Positions 12,901 through 25,858 of a stretch of 64,000 bases of DNA are shown here, piece after piece. This DNA comes from Diadema antillarum (lineage: Eukaryota), in the NCBI RefSeq assembly GCF_040938485.1, contig NW_027270909.1, positions 3,224,001-3,288,000 of the forward strand, read 5' to 3'. Position 1 is the stretch's first letter, and each line of letters starts with the position of its first letter. A program made the translations under genes and the position numbers. The notes beneath the pieces are model-generated. The model worked only from the letters and a program-made list of their open reading frames with translations, was not told the DNA's origin and ran no database searches.

Positions 12901-13742
12901 GAATTTTGAACTATTTATAAAGTGTTGATTCTGGAGAATAAAATAGGGGAGGAAAAAAAAGAACAAATATCTGTTTGCACTGTCATAAAAAGCCGACTGT
13001 ATGTGACATCAAGCCGGTCCTGCAGGGCCTTTTTCATGGTCCATGTCTCGGATATGTATTAAGGTATGTTGACAAAACAAGCCGTAAAAAAAAAGGAGGT
13101 TTGTTGTCCTTCCAATCTTTGACTGCTATGCAGTCTGTTACACGTTTTTCAAGTTGGCGCTCTGGGAGTCAAGAAGATGTTAATGCCCATTCTCTTCCAC
13201 CTAAATATTCAATAACATTGGCGTAAAATGTACACCAAATAAACAACTTGGTTATAATTCAAAACAACTTGCATGCTTATCAAAAATGCCGAATATTTCA
13301 AGCGATAGAGATGAAAGATATTTACACGATTATACACTTTTGCAGTGACGTTATACCGAAGCATATCAATAGATTATTTTCTTTAAGAAGATATTAAACA
13401 AAATATTATTTCTTTTTGAAAAGTGGAAAAGGTAAAGATCAATGAAGGAGGATTTTTCTCCTTTTTCTTTACATTGGAAAATTTCTTGCACTTAATGGCT
13501 TTACATTACAGGAGTGATTGTTCTATCGCAGCGACTTTCCCTTGATTATAGTATCAGAAGACTTGTGTCAGAAATTGAAAGAAGACATGCCGATGTATTT
13601 ACCCCATTTGATGTTTAAGTTTATATGCATGTTTTCGGTAGAGAAATATAGACAGAGTGAAGTGGACTTGTCACTATTGAATATGACACGATATTATCCT
13701 TTCGATGTCTTGGTTGAAGATGGCAGATAACACTTTGTCCTT

Positions 13743-14065
13743 CCCTACTGAAAAGAACGCAGTGTCCCACAGTGCGTTCACACTGTGTTCACAAAGTCAA
13801 CTATGAGAAAACGCTTTAATTTAACAGTCTGGAGATTATTTCACACTGTGATGTGGTTTTTCACAGGGTATTCATTATTAATGCTTTGTTCCACACTGTG
13901 AATTAATGATTCATACCTATGAATTGATGATTCACAATGTGTTCAGACTGTTGATATGCTCGAATTTATCTGTGTGAAGAGATTTCACAGTGTGTTTACA
14001 ATGTTTTCGCAGTGTGTTTCACATAGTGTTTTACATTGTGGGACATTGTGTTCTTTCCAACAGGG
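13743..14065. mobile_element. Small CMC-like MITE (CCCTA/CCCTG termini, TT 2-bp TSD); a deleted remnant is also at 1-140
   Basis: TIR CCCTACTGAAAAGAACGCAGTGTCCCACAGTG versus its reverse complement. Empty site at ~32865-32880. Confidence 0.7.
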
Positions 14066-14846
14066 TTATTTGCAATGTTTTGAATGCAATTGCGAACACC
14101 TTTCAGGTCTTAAATATATCATATTATATTATATTATATATATTATTATTTTGTGTAAAGCGTAGCAAGGATGGCGAAACCGGAGGGAGGGGGAGGGGCA
14201 GACTGTCCCTTACATTTCCTTTTCTAGGGAGAAAACGTCTTTATATTTTAGTCGACATCATTATATTTAGTAGCTATTTATCATTAACTATACTTTTCAC
14301 CTCAAAAAGTCAGATTCTCATATTTCCTTGTTTCTCTTGATATATCAATAAGTTGTTAATAAGATATCCGTTTTTGTATAATCCAAATTGGAGTTGCTTC
14401 CGTTCGTACGGCTTCGGTTTTTCCCACTGCAAAACAGAAATTGTTCCCGCTGGAAAATTTTCTGTGACTCTTAATTTCCCGTTTGCATCAGTATCTTTAC
14501 CTGTGTGTTTGAGTTTCTCTCATAAATATTGTTTCAGGAACATAAACTCTTTCGAGTGACAGATCCTTTAGAGTTACAAACTGTTTAATTCAGGGTTTCT
14601 CTTTATCTAAAACATTTCATCAGAGATCTGCGTCACCAAATAATGACTTCCGAAGTTTTCTTTAGTATTGTTGCAATGAGTACTTTTGTTTAATAGTGCT
14701 TTGGTCAGTTCCAAGATATTAAAGGATTAGATCATTAGAAAAAAAAATCCAATTTGTTATTCTATTTGAGTGGAACAGTAAGTGTATTCTTAAGAAGGCT
14801 ATTTTTGGATCTATATGTACATAATCTAATTAAAGCTGCATCTCCT

Positions 14847-15035
14847 GGGAATTCCCTTGCCTGTGGAGAGGTTTCATATTTGAACAGGGTGTACAGACGA
14901 TAGGCCTTAGTTTAAACAGCACAAATAATAATCTCGGGATGTCTATGATAGCGGGAAGGAACTAGGAAGTATAAAGACACGTGCCGTGTCCGTACAGGTG
15001 ACATAATCTCCATCCGGTAAGCTGATGGTATAAAA
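14847..15035 (+). promoter_or_regulatory. IL-17 copy 2 promoter: kB 14847-14856, TATA 15029
   Basis: GGGAATTCCC ... TTTCATATTTGAAC ... AGGAAGT ... TGACATAA ... TATAAAA. Confidence 0.75.
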
Positions 15036-15219
15036 CTCGTCGGTGTGGGGTTTTCTCCATCATCTTAAGCCTGCACGCTAGGACATCCAGAATATCACTG
15101 AGCACTTCTTGCCTGGAAGATACCTCGACGTCAACTTACTAGAGAGGACTCGTAAACGTCTCAATTGGAAAAGCACGTTATACTGCAAGAAACAAGAGGA
15201 TTTAAACACCACGCTCAAA

Positions 15220-16285
15220 ATGAATGTGAGTCCCACCACCACTTTAGTTTGACATTCAAAAAGAGTCGTGCCATTATGAATATCTTACCGTCACATCTGA
15301 CATTATTTGACAGTTGGTATCGTTGCAATTACAGTAATTCCGCGTGGTATTTCAGTTGACCGCCTCCGCTCGTCTTTCATCTAGGAAACACTCGAAAATT
15401 GTGTCGCCATGAACGTTATGTATAAGATTAAATTTATTTTGTATTTGTCGATTAATCCAGGTTAATATATTTTTGCAAAAGCCGTGTGTAATTAGTCTAT
15501 GACAACGACCAGAAGGGCAAGATTTACCGTCATTACGTATTCCATTTAAATGATTTCCCATTTGCATTGAAACTCCGTTACTAGTTGAAATGCGAATAGT
15601 ATTCAAGTTGTTTTCCACTTATTATATTTTCTGCATTGAGATAAGTAATTAGTTTGATACAATTTCATCCATATGGACGTATGGACGTATCATTTACCCA
15701 TCTCTTATCATTTTGCCTCATCAGACCCTACTTCTACTTACGTCGATGGCAGCAGCCATCTTCCAGACCGTTACATCGTCACCAGTCCCGAGCACCTCTC
15801 AGACATGTCTGCCAAGAGACGCAGCTGATTCCCATCGACGAGAACTGAACTCTAATCTTTTCTATCCTAAAGCTGCAGCATTCGCCGTACAAAGTTTCAA
15901 CCTGTCGACCAGTGACATGGGCTTGGCCGGTACGTCAAGCTGTCCGTTTGATGGCGTCTCCAGCCCGCAGGACTGCCCCGTAGGAGCGAAACCAAACCCT
16001 GGAAGTCCGGAGATTGTCAACCAAGACGGCTCGTGTCCATGGACCTACGTGGAATGCTTCGATGCCGACCGCATTCCAATGGCGATCACTATGGCCCAGT
16101 GCCAGTGTTCTGCATGTCTGGATCCTTACACACACCAAGTGGATCCCAACCTTCGATGTCAACCTGTGATGTACAACATGAAAGTCCTGCAGAAGACTCA
16201 GTGTGTGGATGGCCACTTCCGGTACGAGCAGAAGACCCTTCAAGTCCCCGTGTCATGTGCCTGTATGCGCATGAGGCGAGCATAA
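15220..16285 (+). CDS. IL17: IL-17-like cytokine, copy 2 (coding exons 15220-15225 and 15725-16285; ~188 aa)
   Basis: Same IL-17 motifs. ATG AAT|GTGAGT donor, CATCAG|ACC acceptor, phase 0. Confidence 0.92.
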
Positions 16286-16882
16286 GAGGCCAGCTTTTGG
16301 TGAAATATCCATGTCTTGAGTTCTTGCTCGAATGTATTCAGTATTGACTATTCAAATATTTTTACTTATTCTTGTAAGATGTGCTAAACTCCTGTCTTGC
16401 CTTACACCTTGTCATCTTCAAGAGCCATCTATAGCTCTTACTAAAACTGAATTGTTGTTAAGATATTTCTTATCTTAAGAATATTTGTTATCTTATTTTT
16501 GATTACTGATGTAATTAGGCCTTCATATAAATGGATAAGACGTCTTTTTGTATGAATGACGCTTATCGACTTTCTCTGTTTAGTTTTGACGATGATTGCA
16601 TAGCAAATCGATGGATATTATTGATTTATACGTTATAGCGGAAGAGTGGAAATTCAGAAAATCAGAAATTAGTGACGATTACATTTGAAAAGGAAAAGGT
16701 AGAGTTTAATTTGATTTGATAACAACCACAGCCGCTGCCGTAGTGATATAGATGAGTCGAAGTTCATGATTTTTTTTTTCATTAAGACAAGAGGTAAAAA
16801 TCATTCTGTAGTTTTTTTTTTTTTTCAAGATGGTTTGTGATGTAAAATTGCAATGTATCTCCTGTGTAATAGTATTTTTTAA

Positions 16883-17427
16883 AGGACAAGTTTACCTTCA
16901 TATACACGTGGATTAAATAAATGCAGCAATATCGTTAGAACATATTAGTGAAAGTTTGGGGAAAATCGTACAATCCGTTCAAAAGTTGTGCATTTTTAAA
17001 TTATCTGTGCAGTCACTGCTGTATGAGAAGACTACTAAAGTGCCTGATATCACATGCGTACAGCAATACAAGGACAATCTTAAAAGAATTTCTCAATGTT
17101 TTTTTTTTTTTTTTTTTAATAAGGTGCACATATCCTCAACCTGTCACTGAAGTATGTTAAGGCTAATATCATTCCCCCTGCCCTTCTGAAAGAGGCAAGT
17201 CAAGCGTTCTAATATCATGCGAAAAAGTTTGTTGACTTTTCTTTACGTTTTCTTTATATCGTTGTACACAAGTTACATCACAAGCTATAGTAGTCTTCTC
17301 ATCAAGCAGCGACTGAGCAAAAAACTTTTGAACGGATTGTCCAATTTTCGTCAACCTCTCACTGATGTGTTCTACTAATATTGCTGCATTTCCTCAATCC
17401 ACATTTGTCTGAATGTGAACTTGTCCT
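16883..17427. mobile_element. T2/Kolobok-type MITE downstream of IL-17 copy 2
   Basis: TTAA|AGGACAAG ... CTTGTCCT|TTCA with long TIRs. Confidence 0.75.
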
Positions 17428-17694
17428 TTCAACTTGTTAGGGGAATACTGTAAGACGCTTAAGACCCAATTCTACTACTGTGTACATATGGATCAATCAT
17501 TTCTCTCAATTTTTTAAACACATAATGTACAAATTTAAATCTAATCATTATTCCAGCCTCTGACAATTTCTAACACGCATTTCTATGATATGTCACGAGG
17601 ATGTAATCTCTGTGTGTGTTTGTTACTTTTTTAGTGCTGCGTATATTGTAATTCACGAAGCCTGTAAAAGAAATGTACAAGTTGTAGGCTGTAT

Positions 17695-17765
17695 TACTCA
17701 ATGTTTGAGTACGGAAAAAAAGTCAAGTTTGACGGCATGCATTACAAGTATCCACTATGTGGCAT
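17695..17765 (+). promoter_or_regulatory. Conserved downstream palindrome module, copy 2
   Basis: ACTCAATGTTTGAGT, GTCAAGTTTGAC, CCACTATGTGG. Confidence 0.55.
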
Positions 17766-18278
17766 AATGTTGTTACCTTTTCGAAGAAAAGCTGTATTCC
17801 TATCAAAGTATGCAGTTATACATATTCATATATTTATTCATACGTATTATGATTGACCTATTTATTTGTTAATTTATGCATTGATGTAAGCCTCTGTACA
17901 ATGAACTGACTGTAATGTTATTTATTTAACTGTTATGTATACTATAAAGACTCATGGGGTTTCGAAAGAGTAATGTGACTTTTTGTCGCATTTTAAGTCT
18001 GATGCATACTTCTGTAATACCAAACCGTTAAGAAACACTTAACCAGGATAATGATAGTAAGGAGCGTTTAGACATGGTTAGATGTTTAATTTCCGTTTCC
18101 TCATAGGATGGGAAGCTGCACTTCTCAAGTATATTGTGCATACATGCTGTGCATGCATGTACCTACTACAAAGGGCACTAATTTATTGAACACAATAAAA
18201 AGCATAAAAGATAATGTATCGTGTGTGAACACATTATTAACTTAACAAGGAGTTTATAAATTCCTAAATGATATGATG

Positions 18279-18317
<39 letters not shown>

Positions 18318-18356
18318 AATATATAGTAGGATGGAAGGCGTTGCTTTATTAGTGAC

Positions 18357-18400
18357 TTAGCTGGACAGTCTGTTTCGGCCGAAGCCTCGTCAGCAACTAA
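18357..18400 (-). ncRNA. Second, inverted copy of the hammerhead ribozyme
   Basis: Exact reverse complement of 19657-19700. Confidence 0.85.
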
Positions 18401-19656
18401 ATCAGTTTCTTGTTAAAGTACACATTAAAGTACACACAGAGTTCGGGCTACAGATAACGGCCAGTGCAAATGACACCATCGTCGACTTCCTCGATGTCAC
18501 ATTCGACCTCACCAAGAAGGAATTCAAACCATACTCGAAGCCAGAGGACTCGCACCTATACGTACATACAGAATCGAATCATCCACCCACCGTCACCAAG
18601 AGAATACCACAGTCCATCCAGACCCGCCTATCCAACATCTCCAGCAACGAGGAAATCTTCAACAGCACCAAACCAGACTACGAGAACGCACTCCACGAGG
18701 CGGGACACCAAACAACATTGACGTACACCCCCAAAGAGACCAACAGCTGCAGAAAAGAAAGACAACACCAAAGGAAACGAAACATAACGTGGTTCAACCC
18801 CCCGTTCAGCAGACATGTTAAAACAAACATCGGGAGGAAGTTCCTAGCCCTCGTCGAGCACCACTTCCCTAAAGGACACCAGCTCAGCAAGATATGCAAC
18901 AGGAACACTCTGAAAGTAAGCTACAGCTGCATGGACAATATGCATACTATAACAAAGGCACACAACAACAAAATAATCAACAACAGTCAAGAGCAAGCCA
19001 GGGACTCCTGCAACTGCAGAAAGAAGGAAGATTGCCCGATCCCTGGGAAATGCACAGCCAGGAACATCATATACGAAGCGAAGGTAGCGACCCCAGACGA
19101 TGAGAAAATATACATCGGCCTTACCTCAACCTCCTTCAAATCCAGATATGCCACACACAAGGCAAGCTTCACAAACAGGGAAAAGCGACACCAGACAGAA
19201 CTGAGTAAACACATTTGGGGACTGAAGGATGAAGGCACTCCCTACTCACTCACATGGAGGATCGTCAGGCACGCCCAACCGTACTCGCCCAAAACAAACC
19301 GCTGCAACCTGTGTCTATGGGAGAAATACCACATCATCACGGCCAAGAAACCAGCAATCCTGAACTCAAGAACAGAACTCATTTCAACATGTAAACATAA
19401 GAAAAAGTTTTCCCTCGCAGAGCTTGGTTAGCTTCCCCCCCCCCCCCCCCCCACCTCCCCGGCTTCCACATGTAACAATCTAAGCCATACAAGTGTATTA
19501 CCCCTGCCTTAAGCCCAGTGCCAGTGTCATTGTCAACTTTATTGTGCTGTTAAGTAGCCACGTGCATGTATTTTTTGTATCTTTTGTATCTTTTATTTGC
19601 TTGCTTGAGTGCACCAGAGCCGTATGTCTTACACTGTACTTTAACAAGAAACTGAT

Positions 19657-19700
19657 TTAGTTGCTGACGAGGCTTCGGCCGAAACAGACTGTCCAGCTAA
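19657..19700 (+). ncRNA. Minimal type I hammerhead ribozyme in the Penelope pLTR
   Basis: TTAGTTG CTGACGA GGC TTCG GCC GAA ACAG A CTGT C CAGCTAA. Core CUGAnGA and GAAA, stems I-III pair, GUC cleavage triplet ends at 19693. Confidence 0.85.
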
Positions 19701-19803
19701 GTCACTAATAAAGCAACGCCTTCCATCCTACTATATATTGTACTACATGGGCTCCTATATAGTTGAGCACTGTCAGCCATATTGCAGTTCATACTCTACT
19801 TAC

Positions 19804-19842
<39 letters not shown>

Positions 19843-19845
<3 letters not shown>

Positions 19846-22800
19846 GTCAGAATTTTGAACGATGTACAATTGAGCCAAAACAAGGCAAAATTTAAAAAGT
19901 AGGAAATTCTCCAAATTATTCATCTTACCTGAAAGAGTATAACTCAAGCTTTAATATGAACCCAATTATACTAGGATTTTCCCAGAGGAACAAGTTTTTA
20001 TTCACCGCTGAAGTTTACCATGTCCAGAGCAGCGAACGTCCGTGAGGAATAGTACAGCACATACACTTGAATACCATTTAACATAGTTTGCAAAGATCTG
20101 ATTCAGTTCAAAATCCTAACAAAATATCTTAAGGGACATGTGTACGTGCTTGCAGAATATTAAGCTTGTACTCTTAACCTGTACGTAATGGTAGACAACT
20201 GATGATTTAACTAAATTCGTCGTTTCTGTTGAAATATTGCTCTTCCGCTAAACACTTTCTCCACTTTACGCGCATTTTACAGAAACTCAATATTTTGTCC
20301 TCTTATTTCACAATCCCATACTTCAATCCCCACTCCCAAATAATAACATACCTTTTTAAGATGTATCTGATCTATGCAGTCTCTATAACCCAACGAACAT
20401 AGCATAGTTTTCATCACGGAGGTTCGCATGTAGCTCACGGACGTTCGGAACAAACAAGATGCAGCTCTCTTGAGTTGGAAACGCATTCTACTCACAACAA
20501 ACAGCAATTTCATGTCGAGAACAAACTCCTCTGCAAAATCCTGAAAAGATATTACCAATTCTTTATTATATAAGCTTGTTTATCTTCTCATACTGAGGAA
20601 TCAAAGGAAACAATTTTTTCCATCTCTCGTAAATGAACGTACAAACGTACGTGTAATCTCAGTGACGTAGTCCATCCTTGAGAACGAATATATATCAAAA
20701 TTTCGTTATCATGAAGTAAAGATTCAGGTCCTAAATTTGTTATCTAAAGTCTACAATGCAAAATTTGCTTATAACGAACATGGTCACAGCTAAAATTATG
20801 ACAAATAATTAACAGAGAAAGACAACAGGAATGTGCTGCGTTATAGAAATACGAAGTTTAGCTGGGGAGGGCAAACGAATACGTTGGGAAGAAATCCCTC
20901 TATGTTTGCTCCTTGTGTTACACACAGTTACCGAGGAGAGTTTGTATTATTATATTAGTCAGAAATGATAATAGGTTCGATACTGCGAAGTTTCTTCATA
21001 ACAAGACACAATAAGTCCATATTACTTGGATGGATGTTTGTTACTTCGATATTATACAATATGGTTTGTTATAACAAACATTTTGTAGCGCGTCATTTCG
21101 GAGGCTCGTTATTCATACAGTTTGTCAATACGAAAATTGATAGAGTTCTTATAATTATGAAGCTTTTTTATTCGGTAAATGATAGGAATCTCCGAAGGTT
21201 AATCGAAAGGTTTATTAATGGCAACATGAAAAATCATTTTCGCTTATCCAAATGTGGAGAAACAAGCAACTAAAATCCTCCAAATTTCAAAACCTCATAA
21301 TAACCGTTTTCACCTAAACGAATATCAGGCCCTTTCCACTTTTAGAAGAACGGACCTAAAATAATGATCCTTAATATTTATTTTTCGGACTAACAAACTT
21401 TCGGAATAAGAAAATCTTTAATAACAAACCTCCTTGATTAACTACAAACTTTTTTTTTTTATTTTCGGAATAACAAACCTTTGGACATCGGAGTAACGAA
21501 TCTTAGGAAGAGCGAACGTATCAAAGTGCAACCTTAAACCTATTCTTAATCATTACTTTTTTTAACATGTGTTTTCAAAGTAAGCACAAAAGCACAAACA
21601 AAATGACGATCTCTCTGTCTCTTAAATGTAAAATGAAAAAAAAAATCTTGGAAAGAATTACAAATGAACATTGCTTTTCATTGATGAGTATAAAACAACA
21701 CCATGTGATGATAAGCGGAGGATTTGTTTGTTTTCATCAGACAATAATTGTATACTGCATTATTTTTGTTCGCTTGTGACGGTATTTCGATGAATAAAAA
21801 AACATAAACAAACAAACAAAAACTTCTCCAGAGGAATTTGGTACAACGGGAGTGCACTGGCAATTCTTTTCTCTGTGTGTTGGAGCTCGATCCCTTCTCT
21901 GTTTCTCAGTCATTTTTATTCAACTGCTTCCACGTCCTTTTGAAACTTTTCCATTTTTTATTCAACACATGCCCATTACAGACTTCTTCCGTCATTATCC
22001 TGCATGTGATTACGTAGCACTTTTTGGATTTGTTTTGGTTTGTTTTGTTTTGTTTCTGTTTTCTGTTTGGTCGCAGCATGTCCAGGCTATTGAGGGAATG
22101 AGAGAAAAATCGTCATGAAGAGAAAAATAAGAATGAATTAAGGCATTTAATATCATGACAATTACAGCGAACGTCCGTTATGGAGGCCCAAACTGGATGT
22201 GTTCTGTTTGAGACGGCAGCTACCATACTCAAAAGATAAACACTTGGCGCACCTGTCACTAAAAAGTGGCACTGGTCCTCTTTCTCCTACTATGTAATCC
22301 ATGGACTTATTCTACCAACGAACATCCGTGACTAAAACGTTTTCCTGTTGTTATTACAAGTAAATTGAGTGCTGAACATTATTCACTTTTGGGTATGAGC
22401 GGCTCGGTGATTTGGTAATATTTTCAACTAACATTAACTTTATGTGCAGTGATATATTTGTAATTATCAGCAATTTCCTTTCTCGGACAGAACGTCCGTG
22501 AGCGAAACTTTCAGAACCTGTAACAGTACAAATTGTCTCCAGGTCCTCATTAGAAAGAAATTTAAATGCACAGAAATTACAGATTACGCAAAATTCCATT
22601 TTCCTATAACTTTGTTTTAAGTGTCTAGCTGTTTTTGTATAATTAGAGGGAAAACAAGAGTAAAATTGTGAGTAAATTTTCAACTGTTTCTTCATCATGA
22701 TCACATAACGCCTTAAAAATTCTGAAACTACTGCCCTAAACTCATTGTTTTCTTTGTAAAACTTTATTTGTGGCTATTGGAGCTAAAAGTTTTAAAGAAT

Positions 22801-23998
22801 ACAGGGCACTTTCGGGACAAGTTATCCCTATCGAAGGGATTGCATACGTCACGGACGTTCGCTGGAATTGTCACGGACGTTCGTTCTACTGATAGGGTCA
22901 TGTTCCCGGACGGATAACTAATCGGCAGAGAGTACCTAGCCTTCCTAACTCTTTCAGAAATTTGAAAAGGTATTGTCAATGCAAATTATAAGAAATTTGA
23001 CATCCTTACAACATATGTATTGCTCAGAGGGGACCAGGAGGTGAATTTTCAGAGAAAATATTAATTATTTGTTAGGTTTTCGGTGAATTGCATGGTCCAA
23101 AAACTGCGGACAAGCCTCAGTCCGCTCCAAAAATAACATACAGCTCCTCGGCTAGAGAGCCAAAGGTAAAATGCACCTTCGTCATCAAAGCAAGATGGTG
23201 TCCCACTCGAAAACGTTTTAATCATCACGGACGTTCTTTTTTTTCTCGGAGGTTCGTCTAAAAATATAATTTCGGTTCCTATTTGACAAAGGATGGACAG
23301 AAACTCAAAACAAACATATTATCGTGTGGCTAGATCTTAGTTGATTACGACTCAGAACAATATCACCAATAGCGTTTAATGGGATACGATCTATATTAGA
23401 AAACAGCGGAAGCACGTCCGTGACGAAAACTGAGTATAATTTTGCATAAAAGAATATTACGTCCCATGTACAGCCAGCAGACGTACAATTTTTGCAGGAT
23501 ATGTTCATTAGGTGGAACACCAAATTTTCGTATACATTACAGTTGGGACAACAAAGTAGAATTTGCAGCAGCGATAGAAATAAAAGCACCACGGACGTTC
23601 GTCTGTTTAGGACTTTGATATTTCAATTGTTCTCTGTGATTTTATACGTGCTCATAAAGTTCTTATAATTTTGTGGTTCATACTCATGATGTGTCAGATC
23701 CAGAATATGGTCAGATATTAGATGCCACGTACCATTAAAAATGCACATCATTAGTTTGAAAAACAAAAATTATTGTGAAAATAGCGTTTTTACCGTATTT
23801 TTACGCTTTAAGTCCTTGTCAAATGAAAAATATCAGGCAAAAGTTAACCAAACCATATATTTCCTGAAAGGAAATTTACCAATCTTTGAGATGACATGAA
23901 AAAATCTGGTTTCTTAGATCATCCTGGCGTGTTCTAAGGGAAAGAATGTCATAAGGTGCGAAAATTGGCAATTGTACATCGTTCAAAATTCTCACCCA
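19843..23998. mobile_element. 4.2-kb TA-flanked composite element with 30-bp TIRs (TGGGT.AGAATTTTGAACGATGTACAATTG) and nested repeats
   Basis: 19843-19872 and 23969-23998 are inverted. Absent from unit 1. No convincing transposase ORF inside. Confidence 0.65.
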
Positions 23999-24002
23999 TA
24001 TA

Positions 24003-24251
24003 TGAAGAGTTTGTTCGCAAAAACCGATAAGCCCACTTTTGAAGATTTTGAGGTACGGTCTCTGTCATAAAGTACAAAATAGTACCTTTTAAATGATATA
24101 TTGGTCACTACATATAAAGGTACATTTCTGAAGTTATGGTCAAAAGAAGCAAACATTTTCTTATCATTCTCTTTATTTTTCTTGACCTTTCATAGCAAAT
24201 ATCTCCATTTGGCAAATATGGACTTATCGGTTTTTGCGAACAAACTCTTTA
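24003..24251. mobile_element. Same MITE family as 6956-7203, opposite orientation
   Basis: The interior is the reverse complement of the unit-1 copy. TA flanks. Confidence 0.75.
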
Positions 24252-24276
24252 TATACAATACAATTGTACACACAGA

Positions 24277-24324
<48 letters not shown>

Positions 24325-25858
24325 GCATACAACATACATACATACTTACATACACAGACACATACATACATACATTTATATTTCATCGGATATAGATCGA
24401 CGGGGGGCGCACCGGCGCACAGTCCGTTCGCCGACTAACTTTATAGTAACCTGGCGCTTAACCACAAGTGACCGGTATCAATTTTTCTGTTTTCACATTT
24501 TTACATGTGCGTAAGAGTTTGAGTGTGGCTACGTAGATCTGATGTGGATGTGCTTGATCGTGTGGTTGCAAGGGTGTGCATTTAGTTGTATGTATGTATG
24601 TGTGTGTGTGCTTGTGTGTGTGTGTGTGTGTGTGTCTGTGTGTGTGTGTGTGTGGATATAGCATTTCAGTGAATATGTGTAGGATTTAGGGTGTGTGCTC
24701 AGTGAGAAGAGAAGTGAGTCAACATTAAGTTTTCTTATATCTCAGACTGAGTAGATACATCATTCAACATAATTTTGATGTAGTCATGTAGGCCTACTTG
24801 AAATTAAAAAAATATAAACTCACACACACACACACACACACACATACACACACAGAAACGACATACACATGTAACGCAAGTAACACAAACACACACAAAA
24901 AACGTAACGTGCGTATACACAAACAGATCCTGAAAGAAGCACACATCACAAAAAAGGAAGAAATTTTCTACTCGTTAAGAAGAAATCGTGAAAGAAACAT
25001 TGTCATGACTTGATAGAATACCGTGTTTCCATTAAAAAAAATAAAATGAGCAGTTTGAGATGGACGATAATTTAAAGACAATTTCTAAATATCACTTGCC
25101 TAAATTTTCGAAAAGTTGGTCTACGCAGGGACGGAGTTTTTGATTTGGGTTGTGATTTCATTACAACACTTACAGGTATTATACTGTTTGTCATTGCCAT
25201 TTACCGGAAAATGAGAATGAAAGAATTGAATAGGGCTACTTCCGAATTGAAGAATGCATTCGTTCCAAGATTTGAAATATTCGCGATTTGTAACTCGGTG
25301 TTTTAAACACACAAGTATGAAATAATGTTGACTTTAATTTTCTTCCTCAGGGGATTTATCAGAAATGATCATAATATCTTGACCTCCAGCGTGTACTGTG
25401 ATTTCTTCGGCCAAGGTGTTTTCGTTCTAATGCAGGGGGGATAACAATAAGAAACTGCTTCGTCTTACAAATGAACTTTGTACCTTGTCCTTACATTCTA
25501 TCATTAATTCAGTAGACTCCTAACAGGAGGCACCTCAGGTAGATTTTTGCTCTGCTAACTTTTGTCAAGTTTTCTGCTCAACTGTTCAACTTTGTACCTT
25601 ACGTTTCTTACTTTTCATCTATGTCCTTATACTCTTCTTTCAGGAGGGGATGGGAATATATTACAGACTTCTAACCGGATGCGCCACAGCTAGATTTCTG
25701 CTGAACTGATACAATTTGAGAGACGACGTTTCATGACTTTTGTCCCTCGCTAATGAAATAGGCCTGTGCAAATTATGGACACCTGACAGTGATGGGTAAC
25801 TAGATTGAGAAGACCTTGTCGACGAGCAGTTGAAATATCGAAGAGAACGTGAGCCATG

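Larger units (their letters stand above)
18312..19745 (+). mobile_element. 5'-truncated Penelope-like retroelement (RT C-terminus plus GIY-YIG endonuclease, Neptune-like Cys linker) with an inverted pLTR copy
   Basis: Open frame ~18438-19431: VDFLDVTFDL, SNHPP, ITWFNPPFS, CNCRKKEDCP, IYIGLT..F..R...H, CNLCLWEK. Bases 18312-18422 are the exact reverse complement of 19635-19745. Confidence 0.92.
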
